Under the pieces are notes generated by a model. The model was given only the letters and a program-made list of their open reading frames with translations. It made no database searches and was not told the DNA's origin. The translations under genes and the position numbers were made by a program. A stretch of DNA of 64,000 nucleotides from Longimicrobiales bacterium. GTDB lineage: Bacteria; Gemmatimonadota; Gemmatimonadetes; Longimicrobiales; Gaopeijiaceae. Shown here piece by piece: positions 10,593 to 21,300 of this stretch (positions are counted from its first letter, which is position 1; each line of letters opens with the position of its first letter). The stretch is taken from the NCBI GenBank assembly GCA_965203485.1, contig OZ241892.1:1152001-1216000 (forward strand), given 5' to 3'.

Positions 10593-12800
10593 ATGACGGG
10601 AGGCGCGACGACCGGGACGGCGGCTGAACCGGGGACCGTCGCGGGAGCGGGGCCGTGGGCGGCGCTGGCCGGACCGGGCGCCCCGCTCGAGAGCGCGGCT
10701 GAGTGGAGTCCCTTCCTTCCCGGCTTGGTTGTGCTGTTGCCGCTGCTCGGCTTCGCCGTCAACGGCGTGCTGGCCCTCGTTGCTTCGGCGCGGTCGTCCG
10801 CCGAGTTGCGCGCCGGCGCCGAGAGCGGGTCGTCGTCCGGACCCGCCGGGCTCTCGCGCACCCATCGCTGGCCCACCGTCGTCGGGCCCGGCGTCATGAT
10901 TGCCGCGTTCCTGCTGGCCGCCGTCAACTTCTGGCGGATGCTGGGGGCGGACCCGCACGATCCGGTCGTGCAGACGTACTGGACCTGGATGGCCACCTCG
11001 TCGTTGCGGATCGACGTGGCTCTCCAGCTCGACCAGCTGTCGATGATCATGATGCTGGTCGTCACCGGCGTCGGCTCGCTCATCCACGTGTTCAGCGTCG
11101 GATACATGCGCGACGATCCCGGCTATCCGCGCTACTTCGCCTACCTCAACCTGTTCGTGTTCTTCATGCTGGTCCTGGTGCTGGGCGCCGGGTACCCGCT
11201 GATGTTCGTGGGCTGGGAAGGGGTCGGGCTCTGCAGCTACCTGCTCATCGGCTACTGGTTCGCCGACCGCGAGAAGTCCGACGCCGGAAAGAAGGCGTTC
11301 GTCGTCAACCGAATCGGCGACTTCGGCTTTCTCCTGGCCATGTTCCTGCTCTTCGCCACGTTCGGCGCGCTGGACTTCGCGACGGTCGTGGAGGGCGCGC
11401 CGACCGCCTTCGAACACGGCGGCTTGCTGGTGACGGCGATTACGTTGCTGTTCATGTTGGGAGCGGCGGGCAAGAGCGCGCAGGTTCCTCTTCACGTCTG
11501 GTTGCCCGACGCCATGGCCGGGCCCACCCCCGTCTCGGCGCTGATCCACGCCGCGACGATGGTCACCGCCGGCGTCTACATGATCGCCCGCTCGGCGGTG
11601 TTGTTCGCGCTCGCTCCGACCAGCCAGGCGATCGTGGCGGGCATCGGCGCGCTAACCGCCCTGCTGGCGGCGACGATCGCGTTGCAGCAGTACGACATCA
11701 AGAAGGTCCTGGCGTACTCGACGGTCTCGCAGCTCGGCTTCATGGTGCTCGCCGCGGGCGTGGGCGCCTTCACCGCCTCGGTCTTCCACCTCGTCACGCA
11801 CGCCTTCTTCAAGGCGTTGCTGTTCCTGGGCGCCGGCGCCGTGATCCACTCGCTGCACCACGCCTTCCACGAGACCAGCAACAAGGCCGACGCCCAGGAC
11901 ATGCGCAACATGGGCGGACTCTCCAAGCGCATGCCCGCCACGCGCGCGACGATGTGGATCGCCACCCTCGCCATCGCCGGCGTCTACCCGCTGGCCGGCT
12001 TCTTCTCGAAGGACGAGATCATCTGGTACGCGGGCGCTTGGGCCGGCGCGCCGAACAACGTCCACGCCGGGTGGTACGCCGCGTTCTGGGCCGTCGCGCT
12101 CGTCACGGCTCTGCTCACGGCCTTCTACATGACGCGGCTGATGGTGATGACGTTCCACGGCCGGACGCGCCTGAGCGAGGCCGACCGAGGGCATGTACGC
12201 GACGCGCCCTGGGTCATGCGGGCGCCGCTGCTGGTCCTCGCCGTCCTCTCGGTGGCGGGCGGCCTGCTCAACGTGCCGGAGAAGCTGGGCGTGCTGCTCG
12301 GCGGCCTTGCGCCCGCGGAATGGCTGCACCACTGGCTTCACCCGGTCACGCAGGCCGCCGCCGACATCCAGGTCGCCGCGATGGGCGCCGCCAGCGACTA
12401 CGCGCCCGTCGGCGGCGGCGAACTGGTTTGGGCAGGCGCTTCGGGGCTGGCCGCGCTTGCGGTGGTGGCGTTCGCGGCCCTGGCCCTGGCTAAGCGCGCG
12501 TACCGGCCGGCGGCGGAGGATGCGGGGCCGGCCGGCGGACTTCGGCTCGCTCTCTACCGCAAGTGGTACTTCGACGAGGTCTTCGACCGCGCGGTGGTGC
12601 GGCCCGTCCTTGCGGCGTCCCGGTGGTGCTGGAAAGTGGTCGACGCGGTCGTGATCGACGGCTTCGTCAACCTCGCGGCGGCGTCCACGCGCTTGGCCGG
12701 CTGGATCGCGAGCCTCTTTCAGACGGGCCAGGTCAACACGTACGCCTTCGTGCTGGCCCTCGGCGTGCTCGCCGTCCTCGGCGCGGCGTACCTGCAGTGA
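10593..12800 (+). CDS. nuoL: NADH-quinone oxidoreductase subunit L
   Basis: GWEGVGLCSY, KSAQVPLHVWLPDAMAGPTPVSALIHAATM; start may be slightly downstream. Confidence 0.96.
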   Translation: MTGGATTGTAAEPGTVAGAGPWAALAGPGAPLESAAEWSPFLPGLVVLLPLLGFAVNGVLALVASARSSAELRAGAESGSSSGPAGLSRTHRWPTVVGPGVMIAAFLLAAVNFWRMLGADPHDPVVQTYWTWMATSSLRIDVALQLDQLSMIMMLVVTGVGSLIHVFSVGYMRDDPGYPRYFAYLNLFVFFMLVLVLGAGYPLMFVGWEGVGLCSYLLIGYWFADREKSDAGKKAFVVNRIGDFGFLLAMFLLFATFGALDFATVVEGAPTAFEHGGLLVTAITLLFMLGAAGKSAQVPLHVWLPDAMAGPTPVSALIHAATMVTAGVYMIARSAVLFALAPTSQAIVAGIGALTALLAATIALQQYDIKKVLAYSTVSQLGFMVLAAGVGAFTASVFHLVTHAFFKALLFLGAGAVIHSLHHAFHETSNKADAQDMRNMGGLSKRMPATRATMWIATLAIAGVYPLAGFFSKDEIIWYAGAWAGAPNNVHAGWYAAFWAVALVTALLTAFYMTRLMVMTFHGRTRLSEADRGHVRDAPWVMRAPLLVLAVLSVAGGLLNVPEKLGVLLGGLAPAEWLHHWLHPVTQAAADIQVAAMGAASDYAPVGGGELVWAGASGLAALAVVAFAALALAKRAYRPAAEDAGPAGGLRLALYRKWYFDEVFDRAVVRPVLAASRWCWKVVDAVVIDGFVNLAAASTRLAGWIASLFQTGQVNTYAFVLALGVLAVLGAAYLQ

Positions 12801-14545
12801 GTTCGCTGCTCGCTTCGGTCGCCTACGACTCGTGGGCGCTCCACTTCCTGGTGCTGGGCCCGCTTGCGGGGATGCTGCACGTGCTGGCCGCCCCCGCCGC
12901 CCGGGCCAAGCACGTCGCCCTGGCATGGTCGGTGGCCGTGTTCGCCGTCAGCGCAGGACTGTGGTGGGCCTACGATCCCGGCCCCGGCTTCGCGCTCCGC
13001 TCGTCCGCGCCTTGGATTCCGGGCTGGGGCGCGGAGTACGCGCTGGGCGTCGACGGCATCTCCTTGTTCATGGTCATGCTGTCCGCCCTCACCACGCCGG
13101 TCGCTGTCCTCGCCTCCTTCAAGTACATAGAGACGCGCCAGAAGGCGTTCTACGCCCTGATGCTGCTCCTGGCGGCGGGCGTCTCGGGCGTCTTCCTGGC
13201 GACGGACGTTTTTCTCTTCTACGTGTTCTTCGAGCTCACGCTGGTGCCGATGTACTTCATCGTCGGCATCTGGGGCGGCGAGCGGCGCATCTACGCCGCC
13301 GTCAAGTTCTTCCTCTACACGGCGCTCGGATCGCTGCTCATGCTGGCGGCGATTCTCTACGTCTACTTCAAGACTCCGACGGCCTCGTTCAGCTACGCGG
13401 CGTTCCTGGCCGCCGACCTGACGCTGAGCGAGCAGCTCTGGCTCTTTGGCGCCTTCGCGGCGGCGTTCGCCATCAAGGTGCCGGTCTTCCCCCTGCACAC
13501 GTGGTTGCCGGACGCCCACGTCGAGGCCCCCACGCCGGGCTCGGTCGTCTTGGCCGCGGTGCTCCTGAAGGTGGGCGCGTACGGATTTCTGCGCTTCCTG
13601 CTGCCCCTCTTTCCGGATGCGGCGCAGCACCCCGGGGTCGTGGCGACGATGCTGGCGCTGGGCGTCGCGGGCATCGTCTACGCGGCTTGGGTGGCCGCCG
13701 TCCAGCCGGACGCCAAGAAGCTCGTGGCGTACACCTCGGTGGCGCACATGGGCTTCGTGGTCGTCGGCGTCTTTGCGCTCACGGCCAACGGCCTCGTAGG
13801 CGGCTTGATGGTCATGATCAGCCACGGCGTCTCCACGGGCGCGCTGTTCCTGTTGCTCGGGATGATGTACGAGCGCCGCCGCACGCGCCGGATCGAGGAC
13901 TTCGGCGGCCTGGCCAGAGTCGCGCCGCTGTTCTCCACCGCCTTCGTGATCACGGCGCTCGCGTCGATCGGGTTGCCCGGCACGAGCGGCTTCGTCGGCG
14001 AGTTCCTTGCGCTTCTGGGCCTGTTCGAGCGCCACCCGGTTGCGGCGGCGGTGGCCGCGACAGGCGTGATCTTCGCCGCGTACTACATGCTCCCGATGGT
14101 CCAGAAGATCCTTTTCAACAAGCTGGACAAGCCGGAGAACCGGTCGTTCCGCGACCTCTCCCGGCGGGAGTCGGTGATCTTGGCGCCCCTGGTGGCGCTG
14201 ATGATCTGGATCGGCGTGCACCCGGCGCCGGTGCTCGACCGCATGGGTCCCAGCGTGGACGCCGTGCTGGAGCGGGTGCGGGACGCCGGCGGCAGTTCCG
14301 CCGGTGCGGCGTTGTCGGCTGATGGCGTTGCCGTCGCAGTGGGCGCGGCTCGGTCGGCCAGCCAACCGGCGGCGGGCCGGTCGGCGTCCGCGAGCGTCGG
14401 TGGCGCGCTGGCCGGGCCGCCCCAGCCGACGCCGAATCGGCCGGATGCCGTGGGCCGCGGCGGCGAACCGAGGGCGAGTCAGCCGGCGGCCTTGAATCGG
14501 GGCGGCGGCGCGCCGGACCGGTCGGAGAGGGAGCGTACGCCGTGA
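12797..14545 (+). CDS. nuoM: NADH-quinone oxidoreductase subunit M, with low-complexity C-terminal extension
   Basis: FPLHTWLPDAHVEAPT, GLPGTSGFVGEF; GTGA overlap with nuoL. Confidence 0.95.
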   Translation: MSSLLASVAYDSWALHFLVLGPLAGMLHVLAAPAARAKHVALAWSVAVFAVSAGLWWAYDPGPGFALRSSAPWIPGWGAEYALGVDGISLFMVMLSALTTPVAVLASFKYIETRQKAFYALMLLLAAGVSGVFLATDVFLFYVFFELTLVPMYFIVGIWGGERRIYAAVKFFLYTALGSLLMLAAILYVYFKTPTASFSYAAFLAADLTLSEQLWLFGAFAAAFAIKVPVFPLHTWLPDAHVEAPTPGSVVLAAVLLKVGAYGFLRFLLPLFPDAAQHPGVVATMLALGVAGIVYAAWVAAVQPDAKKLVAYTSVAHMGFVVVGVFALTANGLVGGLMVMISHGVSTGALFLLLGMMYERRRTRRIEDFGGLARVAPLFSTAFVITALASIGLPGTSGFVGEFLALLGLFERHPVAAAVAATGVIFAAYYMLPMVQKILFNKLDKPENRSFRDLSRRESVILAPLVALMIWIGVHPAPVLDRMGPSVDAVLERVRDAGGSSAGAALSADGVAVAVGAARSASQPAAGRSASASVGGALAGPPQPTPNRPDAVGRGGEPRASQPAALNRGGGAPDRSERERTP

Positions 14546-16038
14546 CGCTCGACTACGCCTCCAGCTTCCACTACTTGGTGGCGTTGCTGCCGGAGCTGCT
14601 CGTGTTCGTGGGAGGGATGGCCGTGCTGCTCGCGGGCGTCTCCAAGCGCGACGGCGAACGGCGGCCGGAGCTGGGCTGGGCGACCCTGGGGGTTTTGGCG
14701 GCGGCCGCCGTCGCGAACGGCTGGCTCTACTCGGTGAGCGAGAACGGCGCCACGGCCATGATCGCCGTGGACGACTTCCGCCTCTTCGCCAACTGGATCT
14801 TCATCGTGGGCGCGGCTCTCGCGATCGCGATATCGCTGGCCTACGTGTCGCGCCAGCGCCTCCAGGCGGCCGAGTACTACGCGCTGATCGCGTTCGCGAC
14901 GGTCGGCATGATGGTGATGGCGGCGGCCCGCGACCTGATGATCGTCTTCCTGGGCATGGAGACGATGTCCATCGCGGTGTACGCGCTGGCCGCCTTCAAC
15001 CGCCGCGACCCGCGCTCCGCCGAGGCCGGCCTCAAGTACTTCCTGCTCGGCGCGTTCGCGAGCGGCTTCCTGCTGTTCGGCATCGCGCTGGTCTACGGCG
15101 CGGCGGGAAGCACCAACTTGCACGCGATTGCGGTCGCCGTGCAGGACGGCGCCGCGGCGAGCAGCCTGATGATCCCGGGCGTCGCCCTGCTCGTGACCGG
15201 CTTCGCGTTCAAGGTGTCGGCCGTGCCCTTCCACATGTGGACTCCGGATGCCTACGAAGGGGCGCCGACTCCGGTGACCGCGTTCATGGCGTCGACGGTC
15301 AAGGCGGCCGCTTTCATCGCGCTGGCGCGGATACTCTTCGTCGGCCTCGACGGCGTCTACCAAGAATGGTGGCGCATCCTCTGGTGGCTCGCGGCGGTAA
15401 CGATGGTCGCGGGCAACTTGGTGGCGGTCGTGCAGTCCAGCATCAAGCGGATGCTGGCCTACTCGTCCATCGCGCACGGGGGATATCTTCTCGTCGCGCT
15501 GGTGGCCGCCAACGACTTGGCCGCCGCGGGGCTCCTCTTCTACCTCTTCGTGTACACGGTAATGAACATCGGCGCCTTCGCCGTGGTCGTCACCGTCGGG
15601 CGGCAGTCAGAACGCAACGCCGCCGTCGAGAGCTACGCCGGATATGGATGGCGAAGACCGGTCCTGGGCACCCTGATGACGCTGTTCCTCCTGTCGCTGG
15701 CGGGCTTCCCGGGCACCGGCGGCTTCATGGCCAAGTTCTACTTGCTGCAGGGCGCGGCCGACGCGGGCCTGTGGTCGCTCATAGTCGTCTTGGTCGTCAC
15801 CACGTTGGTCTCGTACTGGTACTACCTGCGCGTGGCTTGGTTCATGTGGATGAAGGAGGCCCCGGCGGAAGCGGCCCGAGCGGCCCGAGCCACGCCGTTC
15901 GCCATCTACGTGGTGCTGATCATCTGCGCCGGCCTGGTCTTGGTGACGGGCGTCTTCCCAGGCGCGGCGATCGACTTCGCGCAGGCATCCGTGGACGGAC
16001 TGCGACACTTGGTGGCGGGTGCCGCGCCGGATGGTTGA
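14542..16038 (+). CDS. nuoN: NADH-quinone oxidoreductase subunit N
   Basis: EAGLKYFLLG, PFHMWTPDAYEGAPTP, KRMLAYSSIAH. Confidence 0.96.
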   Translation: MTLDYASSFHYLVALLPELLVFVGGMAVLLAGVSKRDGERRPELGWATLGVLAAAAVANGWLYSVSENGATAMIAVDDFRLFANWIFIVGAALAIAISLAYVSRQRLQAAEYYALIAFATVGMMVMAAARDLMIVFLGMETMSIAVYALAAFNRRDPRSAEAGLKYFLLGAFASGFLLFGIALVYGAAGSTNLHAIAVAVQDGAAASSLMIPGVALLVTGFAFKVSAVPFHMWTPDAYEGAPTPVTAFMASTVKAAAFIALARILFVGLDGVYQEWWRILWWLAAVTMVAGNLVAVVQSSIKRMLAYSSIAHGGYLLVALVAANDLAAAGLLFYLFVYTVMNIGAFAVVVTVGRQSERNAAVESYAGYGWRRPVLGTLMTLFLLSLAGFPGTGGFMAKFYLLQGAADAGLWSLIVVLVVTTLVSYWYYLRVAWFMWMKEAPAEAARAARATPFAIYVVLIICAGLVLVTGVFPGAAIDFAQASVDGLRHLVAGAAPDG

Positions 16039-16432
16039 TCAACCCGTGGATATGCAACCGCCGAGCGGCAAGAAGTCGTTCCTTGACGCGGCGGAACAAG
16101 TGTTGCAAGCCTTGAACCCCGGTGAGCAACTGCACTATGGCGAAATCGCACGGCGGGCCCTGGAAGAAGAACTCATCGTGGAAAAGCGCCAGACTCCGGA
16201 CGCGACGTTGAGGGCGAAGATCAGAACGGACATACGTCGGCGGGAGGTACGGGGCGACCCACAACGCTTCGTGCGCGGCGGGCGCGGCATGTATGGTTTG
16301 GCCGACGATCGCGTGTCGGGACCCATACCCAAGGAGATTTCCCGGCACAACAGGGAGGCGCGGGACCAGCTCCTTGAGCAAGCGAGAAAGGGGTCTTCTG
16401 ACGAGTTCGAGGGTCTCGTTGAGAGACTACTA

Positions 16433-17289
16433 GAGCCTATCTCAAAAAGCATGATGGGTTGCGATGGGCCGGGGAGTTGTTCATCTTCGAGGCATGACGA
16501 CGGTGAAGCTGAGCGACGAGCAGTGGGAGCGGATTCGCCACCACTTCCCCGAGGAAGCGCAAAAGGGGAAGCGGCTGGGGCGGCCGCCGGTGCCCGCTCG
16601 GCGCGTGTTCGAGGCAGCGCTGTGGATTCTGCACACGGGCGCCCAGTGGAGCTTTCTGCCGCAACACTATCCGAACTACAAGACCGTGCACCAGAGGTTC
16701 CAGACTTGGATCCGGACGGGCGTGCTCGAACGGGTGCTGAGGGACTTGGCGGGGGAAGCGAGGCAACGGGGTCTCTTCGACGGCACGGAGGCATACGTGG
16801 ACGCGTCGTTCGCGCGGGCGAAGGGAGGCGGGGCGGGCGTGGGAAACACCAAGGCGGGCAAGGGCGTGAAGATCATGGCGGTCGTGGACCGTTGCGGTCT
16901 TCCGCTGTCGTTGAGCACGCATCCTGCGAATCCTCACGAGGCGACGCTCGTCCAGTTGTCGCTGGACTTGGCGTTCACGGACGACACGCCGGCAAACTTG
17001 ATCGGCGACAAGGCGTACGACAGCGACCCGCTGGACGCGGCCTTGCGTGCGCGAGGCATCGAGATGATCGCGCCGCACCGGCGCAATCGAACGCGGCCGC
17101 GGACGCAGGACGGTCGTCGGCTTCGGCGGGCGAAGCGACGATGGATTGTCGAGCGGTTCTTCGGGTGGATGCAGTGGAAGCGCCGGCTGTTGGTCCGTTG
17201 GGAATATCATCCCGAGAACTTCCTGGCGTTCGTCCAACTGTCCGCCATCTGCATCTTCTTCAACCATCTCGGCTTTTTGAGATAGGTTC
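16433..17289 (+). mobile_element. IS5-family insertion sequence (~857 bp)
   Basis: Terminal inverted repeats GAGCCTATCTCAAAAAGC / GCTTTTTGAGATAGGTTC (17/18 match), flanked by TA within CTAG on both sides; ends shift by 1 bp if the duplication is CTAG. Confidence 0.93.
16494..17285 (+). CDS. IS5-family DDE transposase
   Basis: LSDEQWERI, TGAQW, YVDAS, IGDKAYDS, RWIVERFFGW; single ORF whose stop lies in the right inverted repeat. Confidence 0.93.
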   Translation: MTTVKLSDEQWERIRHHFPEEAQKGKRLGRPPVPARRVFEAALWILHTGAQWSFLPQHYPNYKTVHQRFQTWIRTGVLERVLRDLAGEARQRGLFDGTEAYVDASFARAKGGGAGVGNTKAGKGVKIMAVVDRCGLPLSLSTHPANPHEATLVQLSLDLAFTDDTPANLIGDKAYDSDPLDAALRARGIEMIAPHRRNRTRPRTQDGRRLRRAKRRWIVERFFGWMQWKRRLLVRWEYHPENFLAFVQLSAICIFFNHLGFLR

Positions 17290-17669
17290 TAGTCGAGATG
17301 GGCTTCGCGGACGTTGAGAAGACGCCTATGAGTCGCGACGGTGGGATCGACGTGCGCGGGACCTTGATCGTAGGCGATGTTGTGCGCATTCGCATGGCCG
17401 TACAGGCAAAGAGATGGAAGCAAGATGTAGGTCCGGCGATTGTGCGGGAGCTTCGAGGAGCGATGGGTCCGGACGAACACGGACTTGTCATCACGACCAG
17501 TGAGTTCACCAAGGGAGCACAAGACGAGGCGACACGCGCTAATGCTCGCTCTGTTGCACTCATGGACGGCAAGCAACTGGCCGACCTCCTTGCCTGGTAC
17601 CAGATTGGGGTGAAACGCAAGGAGCATGCGCTCTTCGTGCTTGATTCTCCCGAATCCGAGCACCGTTGA

Positions 17670-17701
17670 AACCGACTCTACCGCGCGGGGTCAAGTCGGT
17701 T
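17670..17701. terminator. Hairpin after mrr, possible terminator
   Basis: AACCGACT (17670-17677) / AGTCGGTT (17694-17701) directly after the stop; no long U tract. Confidence 0.35.
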
Positions 17702-18324
17702 GAAAGAACGCGGCGATCCGGCGTGAAGAGATGGCGACGAGCTGCCCAGACGAGGATATCCTGGGACTGGATGAGGCCACCTACGGCAAGGGTTGCCGAC
17801 TCGGCCTCCGCCGTCACGGACTAGGATCCATCCAGACGACGGCTCCGGTCCATGTTGCGACTTCATCGCCGAAGTCGGCACCGTGCCCAGTGGCCGACTG
17901 GCTTCTCGGCGAAGGTCGGCGCAGGCCATGGTCTCCGTAGCACGCTCCGCCGCAATTCGGCGGACAACAGTCTTCTTCCTCGCTCTTCCGTCGAGGCATG
18001 TCGGTGTGCCAGTCAACTGCATCGACGGCGCTGCATTCAGCAATGGTTCAACGGATGGCTCCTGTGCACGCATCGTCGCTTCCACGTACTCTCGGCGGCG
18101 GTAGCCGTCAAATAGTGCGGCGAGCGCCATGGCCTGAGCACTGTCGGATTCGCTATTGCCGGCAAATGTCGCCCAACCGTTCGGCGCATCGGCGTCTCCC
18201 TGCGAACGGCGGGCGCTTGTCGGCGACCGGCCCGTGCCGGGCCGCCACCAGCACTCCTTCTTCGTTGTCGTTCGACAGAAATATGCGAGGCATCTACGGA
18301 CGTGAAGTCGCCTCAATCGCCACG

Positions 18325-21300
18325 TCAAACTCCTCCCTTTGCCCGCTTGGTCCGGAATCTGATCTGTCTGACGAGATCTCGGCGAAGCGACTCCTGCCGA
18401 TCTTCCAGCCCGAAGAACCTCAATACCATTTCGTCGATGGCCAAGTGCTCGTCCGTGCGGACCTCCTGGTCGACCGGAAGGGGCTCTCGTTTCCTCAGGA
18501 CGTCGAAGACGGCCCTTGCGCTGTCCGCGAAGTCGAAGGATAAATCCACCGGCAAAGCTTTCATGTCCGTCGCTTCGGCCTTGAGCAGTCCACCTCCGAG
18601 GTTCTTTCGGCCCGTGACTTCTCTGTACAACCAGACAAGAGACGAGTTCATGTATGCCCACAAGGAGTAGTGCAGATCCGATTCCCAGAGCTCAGCAGGC
18701 AAGTACAGCTCTACGGCGCTGTAGGAAAACGCTCTGCATGAATTGAAGACGCAATAGTGCTTGTTGCCTACGCCGCGCGGCATCACCAGCGCAGGTATTT
18801 TGTCTTCGGTCCGGGCCAACGACGATGGAATACGATCCGGGGCGTCGTCGGCGGCAAATGCTGCTCGTCCCGTGAGGGTCAGAATCGGCGTGTCCCGGCG
18901 GTTGCTCTGGAGCGCGTGCTTCGGAAAGTTGAGCCCTTGACCGAAGCGTGCGATGGCCTTCTTCTTCTCTGGGCGGTCATCACAGCGAGACATCCGATGT
19001 AGCGCATCTGCAAGATAATCTGGCATCGCGATTAAGTGACCCCACTTCATGTTGCTGACGGAATCGATCTCTTTCTTGACGCCGAAAGCCATTCTGGAAT
19101 CGGCAACGAGGTACTCGATGGGCTTGCCCGGCGTTCGCGAAAACAATGTGATTACGGCATTGATGTTCTGACTCCGGGTATCGGAGAAGAACTTGCCGGA
19201 CGTGTCGACGATCTTTTCGAAAGATGCTTTGTTCAAAGAGAAAATCTGAAACTTCTTGCCGTAGTCGGTGCTCAGCCATGCGTTGTGCGTGATGAAGCAA
19301 CCATGCCCGTCGGTCGCCAAGACTCGAAGCCCGCGAGCATAAAAGTAGATGAGAAGATCGCTGCCTCGCGGCAAGCTCTCGCTCCAATCCCGTCGTACCT
19401 GCTCTCCATAGGAGTCCTTCATCTCCGGCGACAGGAGGCTGTTGCGAGATTCCACGTACGGCGGATTTCCGATCACGATGTCGAAGCCGTCGCCTATGCC
19501 GAACATCCATTCCGGGTCGAACCAGCAGGCATGTTTGTTTTGATCGTAGGGGTTCCACCGTGCGATCAGTTTTGCGGCGTCCTTGCCCCAGTCGTCTTCG
19601 ATCAACGCCTCGTGGAGCAGTCGGCGGATCCGCTTGTCCTGCTTCTTCAGCTCCCACTTCTGGTCCCGCGTACGGGCGTCGAACCAGTCGGATCTGACCT
19701 GCTCCAGCTCTTCTTCCAGGTTCTTGACTCTTGTGTTGGGGAGGGTCCGTTGCGGGGGTCCGTTCAGACCGATCAACGCATCTGCCGCGACGAAGCGGGT
19801 CTCCAGGTTCGGCAAGGCCTGGATGCCGTAGTTGTCGTCGGGATCGTCGTTGGACTGCTGCTCGATCACCAACGAGATGAAGAAGCGCAGCTTGGCGATT
19901 TGGCAGGCGATGGGCTGGATGTCCACGCCGTGGATTACGTTCTGGATCAGGTACAGCTTGCGACCGTAGTCGCCGTAGTTTCGCTCCGGCGAGAAGCTTT
20001 TCTCCACGGCCGCCACGGCGTCCCGCCGGGCCACGGGGTCGGGAATATCCCGGGCGCGGGCCAATTGGCGTTTCTTCCACCGCTGGTTGTCGGGGTCGAC
20101 CTTCGCCAGAACCGACACGAGCTTCTGAAGGATGCCCATGGGGAACGCCCCCGAGCCGCAGGCGGGATCCAGGACCTTCATGGAGTCGATCGCGTCGATC
20201 AGAGGCTCGACCTCGTCGTCGCGCATCTGGCGGCCGGCTGGCGAGCCTGGATCGGCGCTCCGCGTCGCGACGAGCTTGCGGAGGCGTGCCTCGAGCCCGG
20301 AGCTGGAGCCGTCGCGGGGACGCATGTGGGCACGGAAGTGGGCGACCAGCGCCTCGTCCACCATGTAGTCCACGACGCGACGGGGCGTGTAGTAGGAGCC
20401 CGTGGCCTTGCGGGCCGTGTCGCGCGTCTCGGGGTTGTAGGAGGCCAGCAGGTTCTCGAAGGCGCGGCCCAGAAGCTCGGGGTCGAGCGCCACTTCCTCG
20501 TCCAGCGGCGTGTTCTCTTCGATGGTGAACTTGTAGCGGCGAAACAACGGGAAGAGACCGCCCTCATCGAAGAACAGCCGGGCCGGGACCGACAGCTCGC
20601 CGCCGTGGTTCGGGAGGTCGATGTTGTCGGTGAACGCGTCGATGCGACGACCGCCGCCGCGCACATGCTCGAAGTCGTCCAGGCAGTCGAACAGGCCGCC
20701 GTCCACGAACGGAACGGAGCGGAGCCGCTCCGCAAAGCGGTCGGGGTGGCGGAGCAAGTCACGATAGCGGTATCTGGTGAAGTCTCGATGCGTGCTCTTG
20801 TCCTTCTTGCTGAAGGATCGGCGGCGTATCTCCGTGTTCAACGTGGCAAAGAACAGGTTCTGCAGCACGGCGCGGTAGTAGTCGGTAGCGTCGTCCGCGT
20901 GATGCTTCAGCTGGCTCCGGGCGAAGTGATCCTCGAAGAGGGCGTCGGGCACTAGACGCTTCTCCTTGAGGAACCAGACGAACAACAAGCGGGTGATCAA
21001 GCGGATGACGTGCCGCTCCGTGTTGCCCTCGCCCACGCCGTCGTCGGGAAAGTTGCATTCCTTCGTCGCTCGCTGGAACCAAGCGAAGAGGTCCGCGTAG
21101 AAGCGGCGATTCAGCTCGCCCGTGTCGAGGACGGCTTCCCACGCTTCAAGGAGCTCGTCGAAGTTGGAGACCTTGCGTTGTTGGATCAGCTGGTCGAACG
21201 CAAGCTCCGAGAGCAGCTGAAGATGCGCGCGATGAGGATTCTCCAGGCTCACGTCCTTGATGAGCGACACGCGCTCGAGGACGTCCCTGTCGGCGTCCAA

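Larger units (their letters stand above)
16031..17669 (+). pseudogene. mrr: Mrr-family restriction endonuclease with N-terminal HARE-type HTH, interrupted by an IS
   Basis: Removing the IS and one TA copy rejoins ...EFEGLVERLL|VEMGF...DGGID...VQAKRW...LMDGKQL in frame (~259 aa). Confidence 0.9.

Noticed and set aside
16019..17317. 432-aa ORF that looks like an HTH fusion protein
   Set aside because: It is the mrr N-terminus reading through the IS in a non-transposase frame.
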